A stretch of 64,000 nucleotides of DNA from Octopus vulgaris (Eukaryota). Under the pieces are notes generated by a model. That model had not been told where the DNA came from and searched no databases. It saw only the letters and a program-made list of their open reading frames with translations. This document shows positions 26,121-38,408 of this stretch, piece after piece (the first letter of the stretch is position 1; each line of letters starts with the position of its first letter). The stretch lies in contig OX597815.1 in assembly GCA_951406725.2 (NCBI GenBank), forward strand, positions 91,636,001 to 91,700,000. The letters are read 5' to 3'. The position numbers and the translations under genes were made by a program.

Positions 26121-26334
26121 TCTTCATTTGGTCACACCTGTTAGAGTCTACACCCAAAACCTATAAACTGGGTATTGTATAACCACATTTTCTACATTTT
26201 TGTATATATTTATTCTTAAAGTTTGTAATTAAATGCATAACCACAATTAATGTGCTTCATATAATTTTAGCTACAGTCTACACACCTGATATTGTCGTGC
26301 TCTTGCAGATTATATTCAGCACTGTATAACACAC

Positions 26335-26996
26335 ATACACCCCCATGAAAATTCATATGCTTCAGATTTTGATGAAATTTGTACCATAGATATTAGAAAT
26401 AAATTTTAAAATATACCCAAAATGATTCTAAAACCCCTCTTTCATGGACTAAAATTACTGAATGGATCTTTATGATATATGGAATTTAGATTCAGTACAT
26501 AATGGCAGGTATAATGCAGTATGTTTGGTTTGAATTTGAGGGGGCTCAAATTTCTAACATTGATGAAATTTCAAGCATAGGTAATTGACGCAAATCAAGA
26601 AGTATTCTCAAAGTTTACGCTTCTCATGAGGATTCTAAGACCCCCACTAATGGGATCCTTAACTCCTAAATTTTAGTCATTTTTTATGATCCAAAACAAG
26701 GTCAAAAGTACTGAATGGATCTTTTTGAAATTTGGAAATTATATTCTATGCATAAGGACAGATGTAATGCTGTGTATGTTTGAAAGTGAAGGGGCATAAA
26801 TGAAGCCATAACCCCCATCAAAATTCATATATTTTTGCTGTTGATGAAATTTTAACCATAGATATTAGACACAAATGAAGTAATATTCCTAAAATTTCAA
26901 CTTCTTAGGAGTTAGTAAGACACCTTAATGGGAGCATAAAGCCCACTATTTAGTCATTTTTCCTAATCCAAGACGAATACAATTGTAGTCTTGAAA
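26335..26996. repeat. Degenerate internally repeated element (alternating subrepeats) with terminal hairpin; possibly Helentron/HINE-like
   Basis: ttgatgaaattt blocks near 26370, 26560 and 26840; actgaatggatcttt at 26457 and 26710; caagac...gtcttg stem at about 26968-26993. Confidence 0.55.
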
Positions 26997-27354
26997 GCTG
27001 TAGAGTCACCCTAGGATACAAAATGAGCGTTATTTGTAATTCAATGGTACAACAGTGTAAGAGTTTGCTTTGAGATATACTTTGATTGTGATTTCTGCAA
27101 TGTGGTGAATAATTTGCAGCTCAAGTGTGGATTTCTTCACTCAGCTAGGTCTAATTGTCTACATACACTGCAAGAATATCATTCAGCCGGTACTTATGTA
27201 CCAAGTTTGATACTTACTTAATACTGTTGTGTATGTATATTATTCTGACCTAACAAGGTATTTCAATTTAATTACAGAATTCAACTGAATCTTACTTATA
27301 TTTATAGATAGAGAGACAGAGAGAGAGAGAACACACACACACATCTATATACCT

Positions 27355-27510
27355 ACAAGTGTCTTCTGTATAGCTTCCATCTGCCAAATTCCAGTTTACA
27401 AAGAATTGGTTGCCTCAGAGCTATGGTAGAATACACTTGCCCAAGGTGCTGCTATGTATATTGACCCTGTCTCCACACAGTTGCAAAGCAAATTCATTAA
27501 CTAAACTCCC
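27355..27510 (-). mobile_element. Family B SINE fragment
   Basis: cttccatctgccaaattcc...gctatggtagaatacacttgcccaaggtgc is the reverse complement of the family B head. Confidence 0.7.
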
Positions 27511-28667
27511 ATAGATAGCTGTACCTGTTTATATTTATAGACCTTACAAAAATTGGTGTCATGCTTCAGTAAGAAACCAATATATTCTGCTAGAAATTCT
27601 GAAAATCAAAGATTCTTTATTCACAGAAATGTTTTAATTTAAACAGTGTGTGTTTGTGTGTGTGTGTTTATATGGATGCCTTGTGTAGCTTTTTTTTATA
27701 TGTATGTGGATTTGCACTACCCTTAGTGTATGAGAGTGAGAGTTTATACTGCTTTCTGGATCTCTCTCTCGCTTACTCTAACTCTCATATACATGATTTG
27801 TATATGCAATGCCTTTCACACACACACACACACAAACATTACATTGTGTTTGTATATATGATTATGTGGTTTTTGTGCTTGTTGCCCTATAAGACTCTTT
27901 TTTCTTGCCTTCTCTCTCATTTCCTCTCTCTCTCTCTTCTTCTTCTCCTTCTCCCCTCCTTTTTGTGCTTTATACACCTATATACATTCTGAAATACCAT
28001 CTATATTAAAGTTATTGATTATTTAATTAGACTATGAGGGTCCACATGTCAGCTTTATAACATGTTAAACTGGGTCAGCATGTGTTCAAGACTCAAGTCA
28101 TGTGACTTGATTTTCTTAGTATGTGTGTATGTATGTGCCTGTTATGTATTATGTTGTTTGTTGTTCAGCCAAAGTTCAGTTTCGATCAAGCAAATCTATG
28201 ATAAAAGTTGTTCCCACAATGACCAACTCATCTTAATACATATGCTTACTGAACTATATCATTACCTAATGGGTCTTTTTTTGTAAATCAGTAGAATCTG
28301 ATATCAGGGACATGCAGCTGCTACTTCTTGTAGGTTGAGCAACCACTTAGTGGCACCCTTATTGGCCTTTGTCATGAGTGGGTGAGCAGGGATCAACATG
28401 TATGCGCTAGGTCGTGTTGGTGGACAGGGTTAAAAGGTATGTTCTAGGTCACATTGGTCTGCTGAGTCAACATGTATGTGCAGAATCACATATCGATATG
28501 TCCAATTAGTCATGTTGTTAGAATGAGTCAGCATGAGTTGAATTATTTTGATAGATGGAGTAGAAGTGTATGTGTCGAGTGAACTTGTTAATGTAGTCAT
28601 CTTGGTGGATCAGTGGTCAGAGCTAACATCTAGTGAGTCTAGTTTGTAAAGAACTGTAGATAGACAC

Positions 28668-29105
28668 AGGAGTGGCTGTATGGTAAGTAGCTTGCTTACC
28701 AACCATATGGTTCCGGGTTCATTCCCACTGCGTGGCACCTTGGGCAAGTGTCTTCTACTATTGCCTCGGGCTGACCAAAGCCTTGTGAGTGGATTTGGTA
28801 GACAGAAACTGAAAGAAGCCCGTCATATATATATATGTATATATATGTATGTGTGTGTATATGTTTGTGTGTCTGTGTTTGTCCCCCCAACATCGCTTGA
28901 CAACCGATGCTGGTGTGTTTACATCTCCATAACTTAGCAGTTCGGCAAAAGAGACTGATAGAATAAGTACTAGGCTTACAAAGAATAAGTCCTGGGGGTT
29001 GATTTGCTCGACTAACTTTGACTGAACAACAAACAACATAATACATAACAGACACATAAATACACAGCATGGCCGCAGTCAAATGACTGAAACAAGTAAA
29101 AGAGT
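28668..29105 (+). mobile_element. Family B tRNA-derived SINE (CORE-like), full length, with internal microsatellite
   Basis: A-box TGGCTGTATGG, B-box GGTTCATTCCC, CORE-like ggcaccttgggcaagtgtctt, internal (TA/TG)n, 3' gcatggccgcagtcaaatgactgaaacaagtaaaaga. Confidence 0.85.
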
Positions 29106-29707
29106 AATGAGTCATGTTAACAGTATGCTGTACAAACATCTTAGAGATGGGCGGTTTGAATCCTGTTAATAATACTGTGCTTTATTCATCATTGAGATTC
29201 TTAGCTTTCAATGGCCAGTCCACTTGGCCATGTATAGGAATCATAGAATAGAATGGCTTGGTGATATAAGAAGTGGTAGACCTGTAAAATTTGTAGTAAA
29301 TAAATAAATAAGATAAAAGTAATCATTGGCCTGCCATAATGAGTTTAAAATTTTTTTGTAAGAAATCTATTGGTAATATGCTGGTATCCTATCCCTGGGA
29401 AGATTTATCAGTCATCTGCCAAATACTAATGGAAGTGGAATTACAAATCAAACATAGGATCCTATAGATCATCATCAACATTGTTCTAATATCCCTTTTC
29501 TCATGTTTGTATGGGTCAGACACAATTTGTTGGGGTAGATTTTCTAATACCAGTTGCCCTTGTTTACAAAAATGGTAATATTTCCACATTAAAAAGATTG
29601 AAAATGACAGACACTGCTTGCAGTGGTAACACTCATTTATGATTATCTAGTGATGTCAAGGCAAGGAGACAGTAACACACACACATACATAGTATATATA
29701 TATATAT

Positions 29708-30008
29708 GGAGGTGCAATGGCCTAGTGGTTAGGGCAGCGGACTCGCGGTCGCAGGATCGCGGTTTCGATTCCCAGACCGGGCGTTGTGAGTGTTTATTGA
29801 GCGAAAACACCTAAAAGCTCCACGAGGCTCCAGCAGGGGGTGGTGATCCCTGCTGTACTCTTTCACCACTCTTTCTCCCACTTTCTTCTGTTGGCCTGCT
29901 CGCTTAGCCAGCGGGGTGGCGTCATTTGAAGGCTAAAACAATGCGAACGCATTGTGACAAGCGATGTGTAACAACATCTGATGGTCTGGTCGGTCCCGTG
30001 ATCCCATG
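29708..30008 (+). mobile_element. Young CpG-rich tRNA-derived SINE, family E
   Basis: A-box TGGCCTAGTGG, B-box GGTTTCGATTCC, about 230 bp non-tRNA body, inserted in (TA)n. Confidence 0.8.
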
Positions 30009-30071
30009 ATACATATATATATATATATATATATGTTAGAAGGTTTGGAGGTGATGTACAGGTATTATATA

Positions 30072-30238
30072 TTAGAAGAAATAAGCTACTCAGAAATCTG
30101 GATGGTTTTACATTTAGCGCTTGCATTTACTAGAGTAGATGCAAGCGCTAATATATGATTTATAAAAGCATGTGACATATTAATAAAAATCTGTAAATGT
30201 AAAACCATCCAGATTTCTGAGTACCTTATTTCTTCTAA
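30072..30238. repeat. Fold-back element: 45 bp inverted arms with a nested 18 bp hairpin
   Basis: 30072-30116 vs 30194-30238 differ at one position; 30114-30151 is an internal palindrome. Confidence 0.9.
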
Positions 30239-31321
30239 CATATATATACATACACACACTCACATACCTATATATGTGTTTGTATATATACATATATATA
30301 TATATAGATAGATAGATAGATAGACACACACACATACACAGACACGTACACACACACACACTCATGAGACAGAAGAAAAATGGTTTCTATTATTTATTCA
30401 TCATTACACATGTTTCATTTGCTAATAATAGTTACAAAATTGTACATGTAGTGCAACATGTAAGACATCTCCTATCAGAAATTCTTCAGATAGAGAATCA
30501 AGTAATATGCAGATGTCCTTCAAGAGAACACAGCTTAGTTTTTAACCCTATTGACATTACATTATGTAAAGATGTATATATATATATATAAAGCAAGAAT
30601 GGAGAACAGATTTCAAGGTCAAATCCTTTTATCAAATTAAATCCCTTCGCATCATAGGCATATTCATATACATAAATGTACCTGCATTAATACGTTTGAT
30701 GTAAGCATTCAAATTTTACAAATCAATGACAAGGTTATAAAGTAGGAATCGAAGGAGTGGTGGTGTTTGAAGAATTAGGTTGAATTTTTAATGAGAACAT
30801 TCTTTTTCGAAAAATTGTGGTTTGCAAAGGGCAAGTTTTCCAGCCATAACAATTGACAACATTTCTCTCATCAGAGATACATTAAAGGTTTTAAAAGAGT
30901 TCAAAATATATAATTTCGAAGCATAAAAACGTTTTAAGATGATATTAAAATTTTTTTTTTAACCTTTAAAATTCCTAAAAATCTATGAGTTTTCCTAAAA
31001 TTATGGAAGTTGAAACGAAGAAGCATATTGTTCATGTGAGAGGAGGGAGGTGAATATATATATAATAATATAAATAATATATAAATATATGCATATATAC
31101 ATACATATATGTACATACCTACATATATATACATGCATATATGGGTACAGGACATCAAAAAAACATTGAACACAATGAGAAATGAAAACATAAAAAGAAA
31201 AACATAGAAACAAACTTTTTTTCAAACAACGGAAAAAACAGAAACAAGACATACAACAAGAGGAATATTCCCCTTCTTCAGTTGTCCCTGTTTCATCTAC
31301 TCCATGTTTCTCCAATATATA

Positions 31322-31510
31322 TATCATCATCATCATTTAATGTTCGTTGTCCATACTGGCATATTTTGGACAGTTTGACCAGAGCTGGCAAGCCAGGGGT
31401 GGAGGGGCTGCATGAGATACCAGTCTGATTTGGGATGGTTTCTACAGCTGGATACCCTTCCTAACACTAACCACTTTACAGAGTGTGAAGGATGCTTTTA
31501 CATGGCACCG
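31322..31510 (-). mobile_element. RTE 3' end fragment
   Basis: (CAT)n-ttaatgttcgttgtccatactggc...ctacagctggatacccttcctaac. Confidence 0.75.
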
Positions 31511-31574
31511 CATGGGCAATATGCATGTATGTGTGTGTGTATGATGTATGTATGTTTATATATACATGTGTGTA

Positions 31575-31690
31575 TGTACTACCATACCAAAGGCTATAGT
31601 AGAAGACACCCAACTGTCATACAGTAGGTTCAAACCCAGAACCAGGTCATTAGGAAGCAAACTTCTTATCACACAGCCATGCCTGCACCT
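31575..31690 (-). mobile_element. Family B SINE head fragment
   Basis: ggctatagtagaagacaccc...aagcaaacttcttatcacacagccatgcc. Confidence 0.7.
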
Positions 31691-34589
31691 GAAAAAATTG
31701 GATTATGAACTAACATTTTGGTTTGGCTAGTTTGATAGAATAAGGTTAACCTGAACAGCTGTTGTTATTGTTTAACCCCAGGTCTATCCTAATTGAGGAG
31801 AACCATGCTCAATGGCATTCCAGTTATGACCATGCTACATTTTTGTATATCTGGGACTACATTGTCCAATGTATCTTTGTTTATTAAAGATGATGGGATG
31901 TGGCTTGAAAAAGTTTTTTTGTTTTTTTTCGTTGCTTCTATTTTTAGGAGATCATAATGACTATATGATAACTCCTGCACTATGAATCACAAATTGGTGA
32001 AGTATTCTGTGTAGTTAGAACACTGTAGTGAAATGTATGACCAAGAGAAAATACAGATTCAATAGCATCTTGGTATGTAATACAGTTAGTTGGAAAACTT
32101 TGATTAACTTAGATAACTGAAGTAATCAGTTTACCTCTAGATGTGCTTAGCATCTAAAAAAATAATTCAAGATATAATTCCAATAAGCTTGGTTTGGACA
32201 AATACACATTGTGCAAATTGGAATGGTTTGGTCTTTAAAGACAATTAACGAGAACAACAGACATGTTTCAGTGTTATAAGACCTCAACAGTAAATTTTAC
32301 TGTGTCAACAAGACTAGGAGTGATCAATATATACAGACAGATACGAAGTGTAGTGACACTGATTATGTCTATCAACAACATGGCTGTGAAAATACTTCAA
32401 GGGAGCATTCTGGATACTAAATGTTCACATGTAAAAATAGTGAATTGAAAAACTTCCTCGAGTAATGTTTAAAATCAAAACTCAAGCAATAAGTTGATAA
32501 ATTTTGAACGATATTGACAATGGAGATTGGAATGGATTCATTGTTAAAGTGTACCTGGTGAAAGCAATAGACATTATTCTCTTCTTGTTTGTTTGTTTTT
32601 AAGATTTTAAACTTACCTAGAAGATTTTGCCTACTAATTAATTACTTGGATATTCTCACTTGATCAGAGTTTTTCAACTCACTGTATAACATGTGTGACC
32701 CAACCATGTGAATATTGTAGAGTTCCTTTTACAGAATATTCTGTCACAGTATCCTACCCCATCATCAACATCAGTACACATGTGGAGTGTTTTCAGTTAA
32801 GACTTATTTGACAATTTTTCATTACTGCCACCAACTTAGCATTAATGGTAAGCTTTCAGGCGATGCTGCCATTTACTCGCCATCTTTAGCTTTCTTCCAC
32901 TTCACAATTTTATGTTTCTGTCTGTCAGAGCCATCATTTGAATTGCTTCAACATTAAAGATGTCAGTCCTTTAACATAAGCACTTGATGTCTTGTTGAAA
33001 ACTAAAAATCAAAAAAACTAAAACCTAGAACTATATCTAAAACCAAGACTCTCCACTCACCTGCCTTCAGAAATTCCATGAAGACGCAAGCATTCATGCA
33101 TACATATACATATATATGCGTGTGTGTGTATGTGTAATGTGTACAGACAGCAGGGAAGAAAGAGGGAACAGAGATTTTATGGCAACAATTATAACTGATC
33201 ATTTGAAAATTTTCCAATCTATAACTTATTTTATTCTTTATTTTTTTACCTTCTCTTTTTACTTTTGAGTTATTCATTTAGTGTCTTTTGGAGGAGTTTT
33301 ACTATTATTTTTGTTATTATTATTTTTCTGAAGAAGAATGTAATTTCTGACAAGTTAATGGTACCTAACAATATAGAATTGTTTTCCTAAGCAATTGTTT
33401 TAGTTTTTAATCTTATTTTACATATTTACTTTTATACATTTCTTTATCAATTCCTTCTACTAATGCCAAAATATCTATACATCATTTCTTTGTGAAGATT
33501 TTACTTTCATTATCCCTTTCTTTTTCTCTTGTCATTTTTTGCAGCTATCCGAATTTTTGTTTTTGGATTTTTGGGGGGTTTTTTTTCCTTTTGTGTTTTT
33601 TTGGGTTTTTTTTTCTTTTTTGAAATTATACTAATCATAGGTGTTTGATTGGGTTAGCTATTGTTTTAATTTTTATTAATTTTTTTCTTTTATTCATATA
33701 GTTTTTTTTGGTGGGGGGAGTTTGCCTCGTTTATATCTCTTCTCTCCTCCCTTTGTTTCTGTCTCATTCAGCATGTGGCCATTCTTTACAGTTAGATTGC
33801 TAACCATTATTCAAATATCCCCAATCTTGAAATCAAAATGGATATTCTTCAATACTTCATTCCTCTCCCCCCATCCCCTGCCTCACCTTCTTGTTTTCTT
33901 TCTCTACTTGAAATTGCTTCTGTTAATTTAATTTCACAAAATCATGTTGTCTCTTCAACCATGCCAAAAAAAAAATGCACATATGTATGCATGCATGTGT
34001 GTGTGTGTATACATACACACAATGTGATTTTGTGCATGTATATGTGTGTGTATATGTGTGTATGTATGTGTACCATCTCAAGTGCACACACACATCACAT
34101 TTTATATCTTCCTTTTTACCCCTCTTCATCCTTTATTTCATTTGTTTATACAAACAACCTACAATTGCCTTGGCAGGGAGCAGTTATTTTCATGCCTCAC
34201 CCTTTCAGTCTTCTGGTCACGTTTACATGTTATACAAAGACAAATTGCGACTTGTTTTCACATCTTGTGTGTCTTATTTAAGAGAAGGTTAAAAACCATT
34301 CTTTTAAAACCAATCTTTTAAAAAGAAATAGAAAAAAAAGTACAGTAAACTGTCTTTAAAAAATTAATTTTCTTTGTTATCATATTTATGGAAAAATTTT
34401 GTTTTTCTTCTTTAAAAAGTCTTGAAATTTAAATGTATTTAGGTAGAAATTTTCTGTTGTAACAGCATTATTGCAGTTTGAAATATATTTTCTATTTATT
34501 TATTTTATATTATTGTTGTTCTTATTGTTGCTGTTGTTGTTGCCATTGCTGCCACTGTCAATATCATCATTGTTGTTGTAAAAGAATTT

Positions 34590-34764
34590 TTACAGTATTT
34601 CTTACAGTTCTTTACATTCTTCAGAGTTCAAATTCCACCAAGGTTGACTTTACCTTTCATGCTTTTGAGGTTGATAAAATAAAGTACCAGTTGAGCACCA
34701 GGGTCAATGTGATCAACTAACCCCTCCTTACTAAAATTGCTGGCCTTTCACCAAAGTTTGAAGC

Positions 34765-34812
<48 letters not shown>
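34590..34812 (+). mobile_element. Family A SINE 3' part with long (ATT)n tail
   Basis: gagttcaaattccaccaaggttgactttacctttcatgc...aagtaccagttgagcac...tggcctttcaccaaagtttgaa then (ATT)n. Confidence 0.8.
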
Positions 34813-34813
<1 letters not shown>

Positions 34814-34814
<1 letters not shown>

Positions 34815-34960
34815 TTATTCAGTAGTTTTATTTTTATAGCGTGCTTTCACTTCACTACCGAGCGCAGCTCTGTGTGCCTTGGGTATGTGCTGTGATTTGT
34901 TGTGATGCTCTGATGGTTATTGTATGGAAAGTGTTCTGCGTAGGATGTGTGCAGTGCCTA
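34814..34960 (-). mobile_element. Third R4/Dong-type 3' end, extremely 5'-truncated
   Basis: Minus strand reads GTAHILRRTLSIQ* (compare GTARIL..VLE at 0.7 and 1.2 kb), then about 105 bp of 3' UTR and (AAT)n; (ATT)n on both sides. Confidence 0.75.
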
Positions 34961-34971
34961 TATTATTATTA

Positions 34972-35012
<41 letters not shown>

Positions 35013-37243
35013 ATGTATAGATATACCTATCTATATGTTAATAGAGTGGGTTAGCTATGTGTTAGGTGTCATGTCCAAAGACCAACCTATCCAACTGAGA
35101 TAGTACTCTATGACAATCATGTTGTTTTCACTTTCAATAGCTCCTGTTTGTAGCTACAAGAACCTCTGCTATTCTGAAGTTGTTGAACTCTTTACCACCT
35201 CAGCTCACATGGCATACTCACTTATCCTGATACCTTCATTTTTGCTCTCTCACCTCCCGTTTCTTATACTAATGATAATTTCTATTTCATAAGCACCATT
35301 GAGATCTTCATTTCCTTCATGTAATGTAGCAAGAGCAAGCCAGATTTATAGAGCATATGCTGTATGTACTAGTTTCGACAATAAGAGTTCTTGGACTCTG
35401 CCTTGTAAACTATTTTCAATTTTGCAGTACTTCTTCCATCAGTTTTACAGCTACAACTCCCTTTATTCTTTGGACTGGGCAATTTAGAATTAAAAGTGCC
35501 CTGGCCACAATGAAACTTGAGCTCTGGTGAAAGAATAGAAGTCACAACACTACAGTTGGAGGTCCAACATTGTTAGCTTGGCTATTTGCAGCTCTCTTAA
35601 TACTCTACATTTTCCTAAACCCTTATTCATCTTCTCGGTTCCTTTTTTGAAAGCTCTCCTTCAAGTCTGCTGCTTTCAATATTTCAAACTGAACATTAAG
35701 CATTCCCTCAACTTTGATATAGGATTAGAACTTGTCATGGCCCAACAGAGGTACCTGCCTTGCCTCTTTAGTTTTCAAGAGAAATTGAACTGACTTAGCT
35801 GGCATATGTAGTTCAATATTTAACTAGTTCATGTTAGCTAATCTTCGTATTAACTCAATCCTTTGTAAAATCAATTTATTTTCTCCAAATCCCAAAGCAG
35901 AAACTCTTCCATTTGCAATGTCTTATGTACATCATCTACATTGTGTTGGGGTTTTGTCTAAGTACATTCACATAGCACAAAATCTTTTTCCTTTTCCCAC
36001 AAGATTTACTGGCTCAGATAACGCACATAACTATCTTTGTTGCTTATACTTCACCAGACAAACACAAAAACCTACTCAAACACCTTACAGAAACAGTGAA
36101 ATAAGAAGATAGTCAAAAGAAATATGCAGTGTTTACTTGTCGAGGAGAAATGGATTTATAATTAATTCTTTGGAACAAAATGATTTCAGCATTGACTTGA
36201 TTTATATAAGATATGGCATTCAGGTTCTTGGGAGGTGATTTTATATAGAAAATTCACCTATTTCTTCTTAATATTATTTCTTTTTCTCTTCAGAAAATTT
36301 TTCAAGAATTCAAAACAGCTCATGTATAGATATTTATTTATTTCTAATACCATATCTGTATAATTCTATATATGTATGGGAGGAGGGTGGGAGAGGTGTA
36401 TATATACATATACACACACATACACACACACACACACTTATTGCCTGAACTATTACATTTTTTTTTATAGAATCTTCAGTTTTCTCTCACCATTCCCAAA
36501 TCTCGTTTAATGAAATGTGGCCAGTGACCTCTATGTATTTATGTGAAATACTTGTTATGGTAGCAGTTGCAGAAAATATGGTTGTGGAATATGATTGGGG
36601 AAAAGTGAGAAAATTTACTGAAAATAATGGAGATGAAGGAAGAGAGAGAAAGAAGAGAGATACAAACTAAGAATAAAACTGAACAAAAGTAGTAAGGAAG
36701 TAAGAAAATAGTAGAGGGTGGATTAAAATGAGCAATCACTTCTGAAATAAGCAATGTATGTGTTTAATTCAACCTTCCGTGGTGTTTTTTTCCTTCTGCA
36801 GCTTTCAATCTCTTTCAATCATTTTATATCCCTACCATCCTACCCCTACACACTCCTCTTCATCTCTTTCTGTTTCTTTTCTCTCTTTCTCTCTCCCTCT
36901 CTCTCTCTCTCACTTTGTTCCATTCTCCTTTGAGAATTTTAGATTTTAGTCACGATTCTATTGAGTCAGAGCATGCTTCAATTTGGTACTCTTCCTCCAG
37001 GTCTAACAGGTTTCTTGAATAATACAATATATTCGAAGCAGTGGTTGGACAAAGATTTTAACAGAATAAAAACAAACAAAATACCATTCTGATCTGATTC
37101 ATTGTGTCTGCTATATTCTCCATGTTATTTATTGAAATTTACTGGATATTCTAAGTTATTCTCACTTTTTTTTCTTTATGTATTATCTGCCCTAAAATTG
37201 ACTAAGGGGCAGGAGGCAACATGAGGAGATTAGACAAACTCTG

Positions 37244-37594
37244 TTAACCCATTCATTATTATATTTCTAATAAAATACGTTATTTATGTTTCATATCATT
37301 TTGAAAATAATCAAGAAATTTCAGAGATTTACTAAAATAATTAACTTCTAAATTATCAATTTGGTGTTTGGGACATGATTTAATAAAAGGTTCTTACAGA
37401 CAATTGGGAGGTAGGGCTTATTTTAATTAACACACTTTAAAACTATAATTCTTAACCTGGGAAAAATTTCAGGATTCCAGAGGTGAATTTGATGATCCCA
37501 GTAGGAAAATTATTTTTAGATTGAAAAATTATTTAACATTATTTTGTAGTTTTTGGTAGTTATATTTTCCTTAATTTTGAATTTAAGGAGTTAA
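37244..37594. mobile_element. Probable TTAA-flanked (piggyBac-type) MITE, decayed
   Basis: TTAAcccattcattattatatttct...aaggagTTAA; a related left half occurs at about 39390-39540. Confidence 0.45.
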
Positions 37595-38079
37595 TGTTAT
37601 GTTAATATCACACTGTTAATTCTATGCAATAAATTATGTATTAAAGACTACTTCATTTTTCTACCATGTTATGGGGGTGAGAGCAGCTGTGATGAATTTA
37701 TAAGTGAATTTGGTAAACAGAAAGAAGCCCATTGTATAAATATGTACATATGTATGCAAACATTTATGTATATGTATGTTTCTGTATGTGTGTGATTGTA
37801 TGTTTGCTGCTTGTATTGACATCACATGATTGTTTTGAATGAGCCTGTCATACAAATGATGTCATTTGTTTTTCATGTTCTGTAGAACCATAGGAAAATA
37901 TTACCATCAGAAAATATGCCCAACCATTAGAAAATATTACATGCTTGGGAACAGGTGAGAGCTGGTGGTAGAAAGAACATCTGGCCATAGAAAATCTACC
38001 TCAATAAATGATATAGTTTGTAGTTATGTATATGTATTATTGTATGTGTTTTATTTATACTGTGTATTATGTATGTGTA

Positions 38080-38408
38080 TTATTTATACTGTTTATATTA
38101 GTCAGACTGATGTTCTGATCTTGATTGCTGCTTTCACTACATTTCGGCTGTTGTATGTTCCAGCCATCTTCAGGTGTCTTGTTTTGAACTTGGTCATTGT
38201 ATTGGAATTTCAAACCTAACCATTTATTTGATCCATTGGGGTACACAGTGAATGAAATAGAGGATTAGATGCAAAATTCTGATACAACAGCCGAATTCAA
38301 TACAAAACATCTGAAGAAGGCTGGAATGTACTTTAAGCAAAATGTAATGAAAGCAACAATCAAGATCAGGACACCAGTCCAACTAATATAAACAATATAC
38401 ATAATATA
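38080..38408. mobile_element. Inverted-repeat element with hammerhead-like cores (Penelope-type terminus)
   Basis: About 110 bp arms, 38080-38191 vs 38293-38408; minus strand CTGAAGA-t-GGCTG-loop-CAGCC-GAAA-tgta. Confidence 0.7.
38138..38173 (-). ncRNA. Minimal type I hammerhead ribozyme-like motif
   Basis: CUGAAGA, one extra U, 5 bp stem II (GGCUG/CAGCC), GAAA; stem III looks degraded. Confidence 0.55.

Noticed and set aside
29708-29782. tRNA gene
   Set aside because: The acceptor and anticodon stems do not pair properly and the head runs into a SINE body with no poly-T terminator
32611-32630. Second AG|GTAAGT motif on the minus strand
   Set aside because: Only about 6 pyrimidines precede the AG; consistent with chance, and a caution for the 26114 call
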